A stretch of 64,000 nt of DNA from a bacterium (lineage in GTDB: Bacteria; UBA8248), in assembly GCA_965213685.1 (NCBI GenBank), contig CBDBZY010000031.1, positions 288,001 to 352,000 of the forward strand, given 5' to 3'. Both the position numbers and the translations under genes were made by a program. Positions 1 to 9,217 of this stretch are shown piece after piece; positions within the stretch are counted from its first letter, which is position 1; every line of letters starts with the position of its first letter. The notes beneath the pieces are model-generated. The model was not told where the DNA came from. It searched no databases and saw only the letters and a program-made list of their open reading frames with translations.

Positions 1-861
1 TTCCCGATCTTCTGGATGATATCCACCTCCTTCAAGGATACGGGCGACTGGGTGGCCTGGCCGCCAAACTGGTTCCCGACCTTCCTCGGCGGGGGATATC
101 AGCCCACGCTGCACAACTACCAGCAGATTTTCAGCATCGTCGGCCACGGTGAGGGACTCAGCCGCGAATACACCGAACAGGCCTTCACGATCTGGGGAGC
201 GGTGCGCGATTCGATGGTCATCTCCTCCGTCAGCGCCCTGGTCGCCCTGGTGCTGGGCACGTTTCTGGCCTATTCGATATCGAGGTTCAACGTCGGCGGA
301 AAGTATTTCCGCTACATGATCCTCACCATCCGGATGGTGCCGCCCATCGTCATCGCGATCCCCATCGTGATGTACTACGCCATCCTGATTCCGTTCGCCT
401 CCGAGTCGGTTCTCGGCTTCCGGGTCAGCCTGATCGACACCTACGTCGGCCTGGGGCTGCTCTATACGGCGACCACGCTGCCGTTCGTCATCTGGATGAT
501 GCTGAACTTCATCGAGGAGGTGCCCTACACCATCGAGCACGCCGCCCAAATCATGGGCGCCAGCCGAATCTACACGCTGCGCCGCGTGGTCATTCCCCTG
601 GTCGCTCCGGGCATGGTGGTGACCTTCCTGTTCATCTTCATCCTGAACTGGAGCGAGTTTCTGCTCGCGCTGACGCTCACCCAGCCGAACGTATCCACCC
701 TTCCCGTGCTGCTCAACAAGTTCCAGAGCGCCGTGGAGGGGAGGCTCTACGGCCCCCAGGCGGCCATCGGCACCGTCATCACCATCCCCGTGGTCATACT
801 CGGCGTCCTCATCCAGAAGCACCTCATCACGGGCTTCAGCTTCGGCACCATCCGCAAGTAG
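1..861 (+). CDS. Carbohydrate ABC transporter permease (MalG-like), 5' end outside the window
   Basis: Frame is open from base 1 (FPIFWMISTSFK). Hydrophobic helices and an EAA-like loop IEHAAQIMGAS. Confidence 0.9.
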   Translation, partial: FPIFWMISTSFKDTGDWVAWPPNWFPTFLGGGYQPTLHNYQQIFSIVGHGEGLSREYTEQAFTIWGAVRDSMVISSVSALVALVLGTFLAYSISRFNVGGKYFRYMILTIRMVPPIVIAIPIVMYYAILIPFASESVLGFRVSLIDTYVGLGLLYTATTLPFVIWMMLNFIEEVPYTIEHAAQIMGASRIYTLRRVVIPLVAPGMVVTFLFIFILNWSEFLLALTLTQPNVSTLPVLLNKFQSAVEGRLYGPQAAIGTVITIPVVILGVLIQKHLITGFSFGTIRK

Positions 862-990
862 CGCGCTCCCCCGTCCGCCGCCGCCCCCGTCCGGGAAGAG
901 GGGGAAAAAACGCCGGAGAATGCGGTCGGGAGGGAGACCCGCGCGCGCGGAGGCGGGCGGCATTGTTTTTCGAGCAAGGGGGGAAACAAC

Positions 991-1082
991 TGGCGGAGAG
1001 GGAGGGATTCGAACCCCCGGTGCAGTCGCCTGCACAACAGATTTCGAGTCTGCCGCCTTCAACCGGACTCGGCCACCTCTCC
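991..1082 (-). tRNA. tRNA-Ser(CGA)
   Basis: Reverse complement reads GGAGAGGTGGCCGAGT...GCAGAC-T-CGA-AA-TCTGT...long variable arm...GGTTCGAATCC...GCCA. Confidence 0.97.
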
Positions 1083-1105
1083 TTCGGGAATGCGCCTCTC
1101 TTCTC

Positions 1106-1606
1106 TCAGCGCGCGGCCTGCCTCGCCTCTCGGGCGAGGCGGCGGCGCTCCTCAAAAAAAGCGCGCAGGACTCTGGCGCTCTCCTCGGCCATCACGCCCG
1201 AGGTTATCGGCACGCGGTGGTTCACGCGCGGGTCGGAGGGAATGTCGAACAGGGAGCCGCACGCCCCGCCCTTGGGGTCCTTGGCGCCAAACACGAGCCT
1301 GGAGATTCTCGCATTCACGATGGCGCCCGCGCACATGGGGCACGGCTCAAGCGTCACATACAAGGTGGCGCCGTCGAGCCGCCATATGCCGTCGGTCTCC
1401 GCCGCCTCCCTGAGCGCCAGCACCTCGGCGTGCGCCGTCGGGTCGCAGGCGGCCTCGCGCCTGTTGAAGCCACGGCCCAGCACCCGGCCTCCGCGAACCA
1501 CCAGGGCACCCACGGGCACGTCGCCCGCCTCCTCCGCCCTTTTGGCCAACTCCAGCGCCTCTGCCATCCACCGCCGGTCCTCCCGGGCCTGCTCTGTCGA
1601 ACGCAC
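1106..1606 (-). CDS. tadA: tRNA adenosine(34) deaminase
   Basis: HAE, TLEPCPMC and FGAKDPKGG motifs. Probable GTG start at 1606 after a GGAGAG RBS. Confidence 0.93.
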   Translation of the reverse strand: MRSTEQAREDRRWMAEALELAKRAEEAGDVPVGALVVRGGRVLGRGFNRREAACDPTAHAEVLALREAAETDGIWRLDGATLYVTLEPCPMCAGAIVNARISRLVFGAKDPKGGACGSLFDIPSDPRVNHRVPITSGVMAEESARVLRAFFEERRRLAREARQAAR

Positions 1607-1667
1607 GCTCTCTCCCCTGTCCCCGAATCTCCTCTCCCCGCGCAACCCCTCTAAAAGACCATGAATG

Positions 1668-1775
1668 GAAGCCCCTGGCAAGCCTGGAAGCGTCTCGCCT
1701 CGACGTCCTTCGTACGATGGGAAGGAAACCGAGGCTCCTTGCCCAACGGGGCAAAACCTGAGAGGCTAGGGGTTC
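1668..1775 (+). ncRNA. Candidate structured RNA (three-stem junction) in the leader of the creatininase operon
   Basis: Closing stem GAAGCCCCTGGC/GCTAGGGGTTC. Inner stems GCCTCG/CGAGGC and TCCTTC/GAAGGA. Hairpin TTGCCC-AACG-GGGCAA. No family recognised. Confidence 0.35.
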
Positions 1776-1810
1776 TCACCCATTTCTCATTCTATGGGAA
1801 GGACGCTCCT

Positions 1811-2566
1811 ATGCTTTGGGAAGAGCTGAGTTGGCCGGAACACAAAAAAATGGCGGAGGACGGAGCCGTGGTCCTCATCCCCTTCGCCTCGATGGAACAG
1901 CACGGGCCCCACAGTCCCGTCGTGGTGGATACCCTGCTGTGCGGGAGCGTCTGCCGAGAAGCGGCGGATGGCCTCGACAACGTGCTCCTCACGCCCACCA
2001 TGTGGACGGGCACCTCCCACCACCATTTTGAATATCCGGGCACCATCTCGCTCAGGCTGGAGACCTACGTCGCCCTCGTCAAGGACATCGTCCGCTCCGT
2101 CGCCCACCACGGGTACAAAAAAATATTCGCCGTGAACGGCCATGGCGGCAACGCGCAGCCCCTGCAGGCCACGCTGAACGACATCGGCTACGAGCTCGAC
2201 GTCGCCATCTGGATGGTCACCTACTTTCATCTGGGAAACGAAATCGCGGAGGAGATCAGAAAAAGCGCGGTCGGCGGCATGGCCCACAGCGGCGAGTTTG
2301 AAACCGCCATGATGCTGCACCTCCGGCCCGACCTGGTGAACATGGACGAGGCGGTGGACCAGCCGAACGCGAATCCGCACCCCCTGATGACGAAAGACAT
2401 GCACCGGAGGGGAATGCTTTTCCGCCCCGTGGACTTCAACAGAAACCGCGCACCCTCCGGCGTGTCGGGTATCCCGACGGCGGCGACCGCGGAGAACGGG
2501 AAACGATACTTCGAGGCCGTGTCCGCCCGCCTGCGCGGGCTGATCGAAGACATGGCCGCACTATAA
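1811..2566 (+). CDS. Creatininase / creatinine amidohydrolase family protein
   Basis: EQHGPH, NGHGGN and HSGEFET motifs. ATG at 1811 after an RBS-like GGAAGG. Confidence 0.92.
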   Translation: MLWEELSWPEHKKMAEDGAVVLIPFASMEQHGPHSPVVVDTLLCGSVCREAADGLDNVLLTPTMWTGTSHHHFEYPGTISLRLETYVALVKDIVRSVAHHGYKKIFAVNGHGGNAQPLQATLNDIGYELDVAIWMVTYFHLGNEIAEEIRKSAVGGMAHSGEFETAMMLHLRPDLVNMDEAVDQPNANPHPLMTKDMHRRGMLFRPVDFNRNRAPSGVSGIPTAATAENGKRYFEAVSARLRGLIEDMAAL

Positions 2567-2570
2567 AGCC

Positions 2571-3452
2571 ATGGTACGCATCGCCAACGAGTCCTCCCGC
2601 ACCGCCAGATACGTTAACATCAGCCGTTCCGGGGCGGACGACTCCATCATCCTATGCTACGAGGCCGCCGGCGACGGCACGCCCATGCTGTGCCTTCCGG
2701 GGCTGGGGGACACGAACTGGGTGTGGCGAAAAATCATCCCCTCCCTGGTGTCCGCCCACCGCGTCATCGCCATGGAGCCGAGAGGGCACGGCCGCTCCTC
2801 CAGCCCGCGGGGGAAGTATACGCTGGACGAGATGGCGAGCGACGTGATGGAGGTCGCCGCGCGCCTGGGCGTGGAGCGACCCGTCCTCATGGGACACGGC
2901 CTGGGCGCGAGAGCGGCGCTCCTGCTGGCGACGGAGCACCCCCGCTACCCGGCCGCGCTCGTCCTCATCAGCGCGGGCGCCGCGCCCGCCGCCAAGAGCG
3001 TGCGCAGGGGAATCGCCGAGCGCATCCACCTGGCCGAGGCGGGGCGGATGCGCGAGGCCTACAGGAACCGAAAAGCCGAGGGCAGGGAGCCGAGAGGGAT
3101 GAACCCGCAGGAACGCGCGGCGCATCATCGCCTTTTCCTGCGAAACGACCCCGCCGGCTACGCCTCGGCCGGATATGCGGAACTGCTGGCGCCCGACCTG
3201 ACGGGGCGCCTGGGCGACATCTCCTGTCCCGTTCTCGCGCTCGCCGGCGAACGCGACGCGGAATACCACCAGGACGTCCAAACCCTTTCCGCGAAAATCC
3301 CCCGGTGCGAATCGGTCTTGATAGAGGGGGCGGGACGCTACGCGCAACTGGACAGGGCGGAGGCGGTGCTCGCCCTCATCCAGGAATTTTCCCGGAAACA
3401 CCGCCTTTTGGTCTCCACATCCATGGAGGAAGACGATGGGCCGATGGATTGA
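2571..3452 (+). CDS. Alpha/beta fold hydrolase
   Basis: PRGHGRS motif. The nucleophile elbow reads GHGLG (Ser replaced by Gly). Confidence 0.85.
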   Translation: MVRIANESSRTARYVNISRSGADDSIILCYEAAGDGTPMLCLPGLGDTNWVWRKIIPSLVSAHRVIAMEPRGHGRSSSPRGKYTLDEMASDVMEVAARLGVERPVLMGHGLGARAALLLATEHPRYPAALVLISAGAAPAAKSVRRGIAERIHLAEAGRMREAYRNRKAEGREPRGMNPQERAAHHRLFLRNDPAGYASAGYAELLAPDLTGRLGDISCPVLALAGERDAEYHQDVQTLSAKIPRCESVLIEGAGRYAQLDRAEAVLALIQEFSRKHRLLVSTSMEEDDGPMD

Positions 3453-4116
3453 TCTCACAGCACCCCTGGGGCATCCGGACCTTTGCGAAGTCCCGACCTT
3501 TCCCCCGGTAGAATACTGGCAGTTTCACGAGCACCCGTCCCATGGCCGCCAGAACAGCGCGGTCAGAATGGCCATACACCAGGGAACGCACATTGACGCG
3601 CCCAGCCATTTCTATGCGGATGGAGCCACGATTGACGAGATGCCGCTGGAAACCTTCTGCGGACGCGCAGTGAAAATCGACTTGCGGGGAGTCGCGCAGG
3701 AGGCGCGTCCGATCACCCGGCAAATGCTCGAATCCTCTCCCGGCTTCGACCCCGGGCGCCTGGAGGGGGCCATCGCCGTCACGTGGACGGGCTGGGCGCA
3801 GGAGAAAATCTTCACCCCCGACTACTTCGGCCCCAATCCGCATCTCGACAAGCTCGCGTGTCATTTCCTGTGCGATTGCGGGATGAAGGCGCTTTGCATG
3901 GATCACGCCATCGACCCGGGGCTACAGCCGGACTCGGTCGTCCACCACGAAGACTCCCCGGGGCACCGGGCGGTGCTGGGGCGGGGCGTTCCGCTCATCG
4001 AGCACGTCGTCAACCTAGATGCGTTCGACGAGGCCGAGTTCGAGATGTTCGCGTTTCCCATGAAACTCTACAAAATCGAGGGCGCGCCGGCGCGCGTGGT
4101 GGCTCGGCTGGACTGA
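3436..4116 (+). CDS. Cyclase family protein (kynurenine formamidase-like)
   Basis: HQGTHIDAPSH motif, plus IEHVVNL and GAPARVVA. Confidence 0.92.
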   Translation: MGRWIDLTAPLGHPDLCEVPTFPPVEYWQFHEHPSHGRQNSAVRMAIHQGTHIDAPSHFYADGATIDEMPLETFCGRAVKIDLRGVAQEARPITRQMLESSPGFDPGRLEGAIAVTWTGWAQEKIFTPDYFGPNPHLDKLACHFLCDCGMKALCMDHAIDPGLQPDSVVHHEDSPGHRAVLGRGVPLIEHVVNLDAFDEAEFEMFAFPMKLYKIEGAPARVVARLD

Positions 4117-4146
4117 GCTGGCCTGAAAGGGAGGAGGGCGGAAGGG

Positions 4147-4536
4147 GTGCCATTCTACAAGATATCCGAGATGGAAACGCAGTTCGTCGATATGGGACAG
4201 GCGCGCATGCAGAGCGTGGCCGGGGAGCTCATGAAGGCCGGGATGATCACCTATCCCGAAGATGGGGGTCCCCCACCGCATTTCCACCCGAACGAGGAGC
4301 AGTTTCTTCTGGTGATGGCGGGCAAGGCGAACATGATTTTGGGGGAGGAGACCCGTGCGGTCGGCCCCGGAGACCTGATCCACATCCGCCGCAACGAACG
4401 CCACGGCCTTTTGATCCTGGAGGGGCCGTTCTCCTTCTTCACCGTGAAAAGTCCCGCGGGCGACGGCGATCTGTACCAAGACTACAACCTGGCCCGGGAC
4501 GCGGACGAGGCGCGAAAAAAACTGGAATCCAGTTGA
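4147..4536 (+). CDS. Cupin domain protein
   Basis: PPHFHPNEEQF ... GDLIHI..N..H cupin motifs. Confidence 0.9.
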   Translation: MPFYKISEMETQFVDMGQARMQSVAGELMKAGMITYPEDGGPPPHFHPNEEQFLLVMAGKANMILGEETRAVGPGDLIHIRRNERHGLLILEGPFSFFTVKSPAGDGDLYQDYNLARDADEARKKLESS

Positions 4537-4732
4537 TTCGCCCCGAAAGGGAGACTTCCGAGACGCCTTGTTACAAAATCGAAAACCTGCCCCCCATGGC
4601 GCATGGTGAAGTAGGGGGCCCGCCGTCAATCTCGCGACCGCCGGCGAACGGATGAAGAGGTCGGCTGGGTCATTTATCCCCTCGGGGCGGGGGGCCGCGC
4701 GCCTCCTTGTTTCCATCCCGACGGGGAGCTGT

Positions 4733-6088
4733 TTATCCCGGCTGGGGTGCTCCCCTCCCCTGAAGCAAGTGCGCGCGGTCAGCGGCTCCAACCAGGGCGC
4801 CTCCGGCCGCCCACCAGATCGCAGTGAGCTGAAATGACCCGACCGGGGTATTCGTCTCGAGCATCGACATCAACAGCCCGGACAACACGATGAGGCACAA
4901 TGCGGCGGACTCGTCCCGCTCCGCTACAGTCGCGGACTCGTCCCGGAATATCCGCCATCCGGTGCGCAGGATGCGCATCACCATGAACAGGAACAACAGA
5001 GGCGCCAAAATACCCGTGAAGCTCGCCCAGCGGAGCCAGAGATTATGAATCTCCGCCCGGCGGTTCCATGGGGCTTTCAGCTCCAGCGCGACTTGCCCGA
5101 GTCCATGGCCGAGCAGCGGCCGTTCCGCGATCTTCTCCAGACCGAACAGGTAACCTTGAACGCGGCGCGTGGACGCGGCGTCAATCCTCTTCAGAGCCGC
5201 CGAGGCATCCTGCATATGGCGCGTGGATTTGGTATTCCATACATTGGATTTCACCCTCAGTCTCAAGTGCGTGGCGCATGATCTGTCCATGTACACAATG
5301 CTTGCCAGGAGTCCCAATAAGATGACGATGGCCGCCAGCCGTCTTGTGGAACGCATAAACGCAAAGGCCGCAACTACAAGAAGGGACGACAACATCCCGG
5401 TGCGGCCGCCGCTGATGAATTGGTTGCCAAGAAGAACAACAACTCCAACAACGCCGATGAATTTCCAAACCGTCGGCGAACGATTCCCGGAGGGCAGGAA
5501 GAAAAGCGCCGCCATAGGGATGAAAACCGCCAACCCTACCGACCACGCGGTGGTTTTTGTGCTGAAACCCGTGATGTTGCGCGCTTCCCATAGACAGGGC
5601 CTCTGCCAGTCCGGGGTCCACCAAAGCGTGTCGACCAACACGACGCTTGACAACGCGGCGAGCATGACGAAAGCGCGCTGGAAAATGACGCGGACGTCGC
5701 CGGCATCCCTGGCGACGCAGAAAAAACACCAGAAAAACGCGCTGGAGATGCCGAGCTTGATGACGAATTCGATCACTTTGAATGGCTGCTCGCTGGCCTG
5801 GACGAACCCCGGAATCCACAGCACCAGGACGCCGGCGAACCCGAGCGGGCCCAGCAATCCGGCGGGGAACGGGCGCCTGCGCTTCAGCAGCACCCTCCCG
5901 AGCACCAGGCATGACGCCGCCAGGAATATGCTCCACTCGACCTTTCGCAGGGCGGCCATGCTGATGTCGGGCAGCCAGTAAACCGGACCGAGCGCCAGGA
6001 ACAGGCTGAGCAGCCAGCTCGCCACCTTGTCCACGCCGGGGACCAAGGGAACGACGTCCAGGCGCAAGCGTCCGGGCCAGGCGATCAT
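4733..6088 (-). CDS. O-antigen ligase / Wzy-like membrane protein
   Basis: Many TM helices with SGGRTG, PLLGHGLG and IHNLWL motifs. ATGA overlap with the upstream gene. Confidence 0.8.
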   Translation of the reverse strand: MIAWPGRLRLDVVPLVPGVDKVASWLLSLFLALGPVYWLPDISMAALRKVEWSIFLAASCLVLGRVLLKRRRPFPAGLLGPLGFAGVLVLWIPGFVQASEQPFKVIEFVIKLGISSAFFWCFFCVARDAGDVRVIFQRAFVMLAALSSVVLVDTLWWTPDWQRPCLWEARNITGFSTKTTAWSVGLAVFIPMAALFFLPSGNRSPTVWKFIGVVGVVVLLGNQFISGGRTGMLSSLLVVAAFAFMRSTRRLAAIVILLGLLASIVYMDRSCATHLRLRVKSNVWNTKSTRHMQDASAALKRIDAASTRRVQGYLFGLEKIAERPLLGHGLGQVALELKAPWNRRAEIHNLWLRWASFTGILAPLLFLFMVMRILRTGWRIFRDESATVAERDESAALCLIVLSGLLMSMLETNTPVGSFQLTAIWWAAGGALVGAADRAHLLQGRGAPQPG

Positions 6089-7296
6089 GGCGCGCACGCC
6101 AGGTGCGCGGAGTCGCCTCGCCCCATCGCCAAACTCCTGATTTTATCGCCCAATAACGCGCTCTCGTTGGTATATGCGAACACGGCCTGCGGCAACGCCG
6201 CCATGTTTTCCTTCCAGACTTTCAGGTCTCCGGGCGTCACGGCACAGATTGCATGCACGGCGTCTTCGATATCGTCGCCCTCGACGACCAGCCCGATTTG
6301 ATGTTTTTCCACCTCCTCCGCATCCGCCGTTCCGGCCCGGACGATCAGAGGCTTTTGGAAAAGACAACTTTCGTTGTATCGATTCGATCGCGCCCAGCAT
6401 TGGGGAGGCTGCGTCTCGTAGCACACCAACACCATGTCCACGCTCCCATACAAGTCCGGAAGATCATCGGGATATGCGTATTCTCCCCCGTATTCGATGT
6501 GCGGGTTTCTCTCGAGATACCGGTCGAATTCCTTGATGCGCGGGAGGGGCACGCCCCGGATGACCGCCTCGAAGCCATCGGATGCGGACGTCAAACGCTC
6601 GAGCAGGCGCAAACTCCACGCATTCCCGATGAGCCCGAAATATCCGATGCGAAGCGGTCTGCATTCAAGCGGTTTTCCGTCCGATGCCGGAATTCCCTCC
6701 CTGCGAACCGCTTTGGCGAATGACGCGGGAACCTTGTTCTCAACGATCAGTGCGGGCGTCTCGACGTTCAGGAACGCATGATAGTATCTGAGGTAATGAC
6801 GCGACGTCAGCACCAACAGATCGCTCTTCCCGGTCGCCACCTTGTCGGCAAGCTGCACAAAGCGTTTCATGCGACCGCGCAATCGCCGCCGCCCGATATC
6901 TCTTATATCGACAACCAACGGTTTTTCCAGCCCCAGGCGAGCCGCCAAGCCGAGCCAAGCCATGTCGAATCGGAAGGCGTAGACGATGTCATTGCGTCGA
7001 ACCACGGCGCGAACCTTTGGCGCACGAGCCAGCACCTCCACCCCCCTGAGAAAATGCGTCTTGAAAACGGTTCGGCCCAGCAGATGGGCGGGGGAACAGA
7101 GAAGGGATCCTGTATTATAATGGCGATTATCGAAGGCCATGGTCTCGACCTCGAAGCCCGCCTCTTGAAGCATTCCGATCTGCCGCCATATCCGCGCATG
7201 AATGACTTTAGGCGTCAAGCACAGGATTTTTAGCGGACGCCCCGCTCCGGGCGGCAGAGTTTCCCCCTGTCCAGCCGCCCTGTCAGACGGATTCAC
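6085..7296 (-). CDS. Glycosyltransferase (GT-B, ExoL-like)
   Basis: IVENKV, LRIGYFG, YGGEYAYPDDLPDLY and SNRYNE resemble succinoglycan ExoL-type enzymes. GTG start after GGAGG. Confidence 0.7.
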   Translation of the reverse strand: MNPSDRAAGQGETLPPGAGRPLKILCLTPKVIHARIWRQIGMLQEAGFEVETMAFDNRHYNTGSLLCSPAHLLGRTVFKTHFLRGVEVLARAPKVRAVVRRNDIVYAFRFDMAWLGLAARLGLEKPLVVDIRDIGRRRLRGRMKRFVQLADKVATGKSDLLVLTSRHYLRYYHAFLNVETPALIVENKVPASFAKAVRREGIPASDGKPLECRPLRIGYFGLIGNAWSLRLLERLTSASDGFEAVIRGVPLPRIKEFDRYLERNPHIEYGGEYAYPDDLPDLYGSVDMVLVCYETQPPQCWARSNRYNESCLFQKPLIVRAGTADAEEVEKHQIGLVVEGDDIEDAVHAICAVTPGDLKVWKENMAALPQAVFAYTNESALLGDKIRSLAMGRGDSAHLACAP

Positions 7297-7336
7297 AGGC
7301 ACCTCCTCCACAGGCTGACCCGCTTTCAGCCCGCCA

Positions 7337-7828
7337 TCATCTTCTTGCTTTCTTGTGGAACTGCACCAACCCCAGCACGTCCTGCCACACGAGACGCCCG
7401 ATGGGCCCCGTGCTGTACACACCCACGGCCACCACGCCGTCGGGCCTGAGAACATAGCCCGTGCTGTGAAGAATCTGGCGCTTCTCTTCGTAAAAACAAC
7501 CGGTGCGCTCGGAAATCTGCTTGTTGTCGAGACCGTAGCCTACAGGAAAGCGCACTTCGCATTCATCCACCGTTCCCCTGGCCTGCTCCTCCGTGTCCAC
7601 GGAGGCTGCAACAACCCGGACGCCCTCCTCGGCGAGCTTCGCAGCCCGATCGAAGGCCGTCAGCTGCTGCTTGCAGTACGGTCACCAGTGCCCGCGATAC
7701 AGGAGAATCACCCCCCAGCCACCCGCCAGGTCGCCGGGAAGGGAGATTTTGCCCCCGCCCACCTGGTCCATCTCGAGATTCGGGAAGGAATCACCCGAAT
7801 CGAGCATCTCGTCCGTCATGCGTGGCAT
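7337..7828 (-). CDS. Peroxiredoxin-like (AhpC/TSA-redoxin) selenoprotein with UxxC motif
   Basis: Frame reads MPRMTDEMLDSGDSFPNL...VILLYRGHW-TGA(7682-7684)-PYCKQQL and continues in frame into ORF 7337..7600. Start is 7828 or 7819. A hairpin lies downstream of the TGA. Confidence 0.88.
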
Positions 7829-8009
7829 CCATCCACCCTCCTAAGAATGAACGAAACGAAAACGACCCTGAAAAAAATCATGAGGCCAACCGGTTCATCG
7901 TTTATACCTGCGCACCGGAGATATTTCAAACCGGACGGCGTCCCTCCCGACCTGCCGCCCCGACCTGCCGCGCAGGCGCGATTTGGAGGTTTTTCGCCCC
8001 CCTGTGCGC

Positions 8010-8039
8010 TTGACAACCGGAGCGCCCGCTTTCTAGCAT
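8010..8039 (+). promoter_or_regulatory. Sigma70-type promoter
   Basis: TTGACA-18 bp-TAGCAT upstream of the ORF at 8068. Confidence 0.55.
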
Positions 8040-8067
8040 GGAGCCACTTTTTTCGGGAGACACCTCC

Positions 8068-8346
8068 ATGAGCCATGTCGTTTCGTGTGAATGCAAGAAC
8101 ATCCAGCTGCAGGGAGAATATGAAAAGGCGTCCTGTGCCTGCAATCGGGAGGTGCGCCTCTCCGAGCGGGATGCGGAGCGCTATCTTCCCCGAGACGAAT
8201 CCCAGAAAAACCAGATCATCTCCAAGGAATGCCGGATTCCTCCCCTCACCAGCGTCATCCGGTATGGGCGGGATTACTATGTGCTCAAAAAAGGCAGGGT
8301 GATGCGGAAGGGGTTCCGCAGAACGCTTCCCGAATATCGGCAGTGA
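8068..8346 (+). CDS. Small Cys-containing hypothetical protein
   Basis: ATG at 8068 after GGAG. CxC...CxC...C residues. Promoter-like motif upstream. Confidence 0.6.
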   Translation: MSHVVSCECKNIQLQGEYEKASCACNREVRLSERDAERYLPRDESQKNQIISKECRIPPLTSVIRYGRDYYVLKKGRVMRKGFRRTLPEYRQ

Positions 8347-8444
8347 CGAGGGCGCCCGGCGGTTTTGACCTGAAAATTCATCGCGTTCGGGCATGCAAAA
8401 CATGATGCCGATTCGTTCGATCGCCGGATGGAGAGCATGATACC

Positions 8445-9217
8445 ATGATGAAGCGCACCTCCGCACCTCCGCACATGAAAACTATGACCCTGTAGCATCA
8501 TCCGCCGAACCTTCCTCCGAACCCGCATCACGCATTGAGCGCAAGGATTTCCGCGCGTTTCTGAGCGCGCTGCCCGAGGGTTCTGTCGACCTGATCCTCA
8601 CCGATCCGCCCTACGCCATCAGCCGCAAGACCGGTTTCGCCAACGTGAAGGCGGGCGTCCGGCGCTTCGCCGTCTCGATGGACTTCGGCGAATGGGATCA
8701 TGAGCCGATTGACCTGGATGCGCTCTCGGACGCCTCCTACAGGGCGCTGCGGCCCGGCGGAACGGCGATCGTATGGTATGACCTCTGGAAGCTCGGACGC
8801 CTGGCCGACGCCATGGCCGCCGCCGGCTTCAAGATGCTGCGGCTCATCGTATGGAACAAGACAAACCCCGTCCCGCTGAACTCCCGGGCCATATACCTGT
8901 CCAACGGACGCGAGACCGCCGTGCTTGGGGTGAAGCGGGGCAAGCCGACGTTTCATAGCCAATACGACAAGGGCGACTACTCCCTACCCATTCCCAGACA
9001 CAACGGCGCGCGCATCCACCCGACGCAAAAGCCGCTGGGCCTGTTCCAGGAGCTGATCCGCAAGCACAGCAACAGGGGCGACCTCGTGGTCGACCCGTTC
9101 CTGGGCGGCGGAACGACCGCAATCGCCGCCATCTCGGAGGGGCGCCGGTTCGCCGGCTGCGACATTGACTCCAGATACGTAACCGCTGTCCGGAAGCGAA
9201 TCCATGCGCAAGCCTAG
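8445..9217 (+). CDS. Site-specific DNA methyltransferase (beta class, N6/N4); 5' end appears frameshifted by an 8-bp duplication
   Basis: DPPY at 8603-8614, HPTQKP, and DPFLGGGTT. The frame is open from 8441 but has no ATG/GTG before DPPY. ATG 8445 comes into frame if one CGCACCTC copy is removed. Confidence 0.85.

Noticed and set aside
991-1082. tRNA-Sec or an integration site
   Set aside because: The anticodon is CGA (Ser). No duplicated 3' end or integrase is visible.
1745-1775. c-di-GMP-I riboswitch (GGCAAAACC...GAGA...GGGG)
   Set aside because: It lacks the following ACGCAAA and P3 elements. Kept only as part of an unassigned structure.
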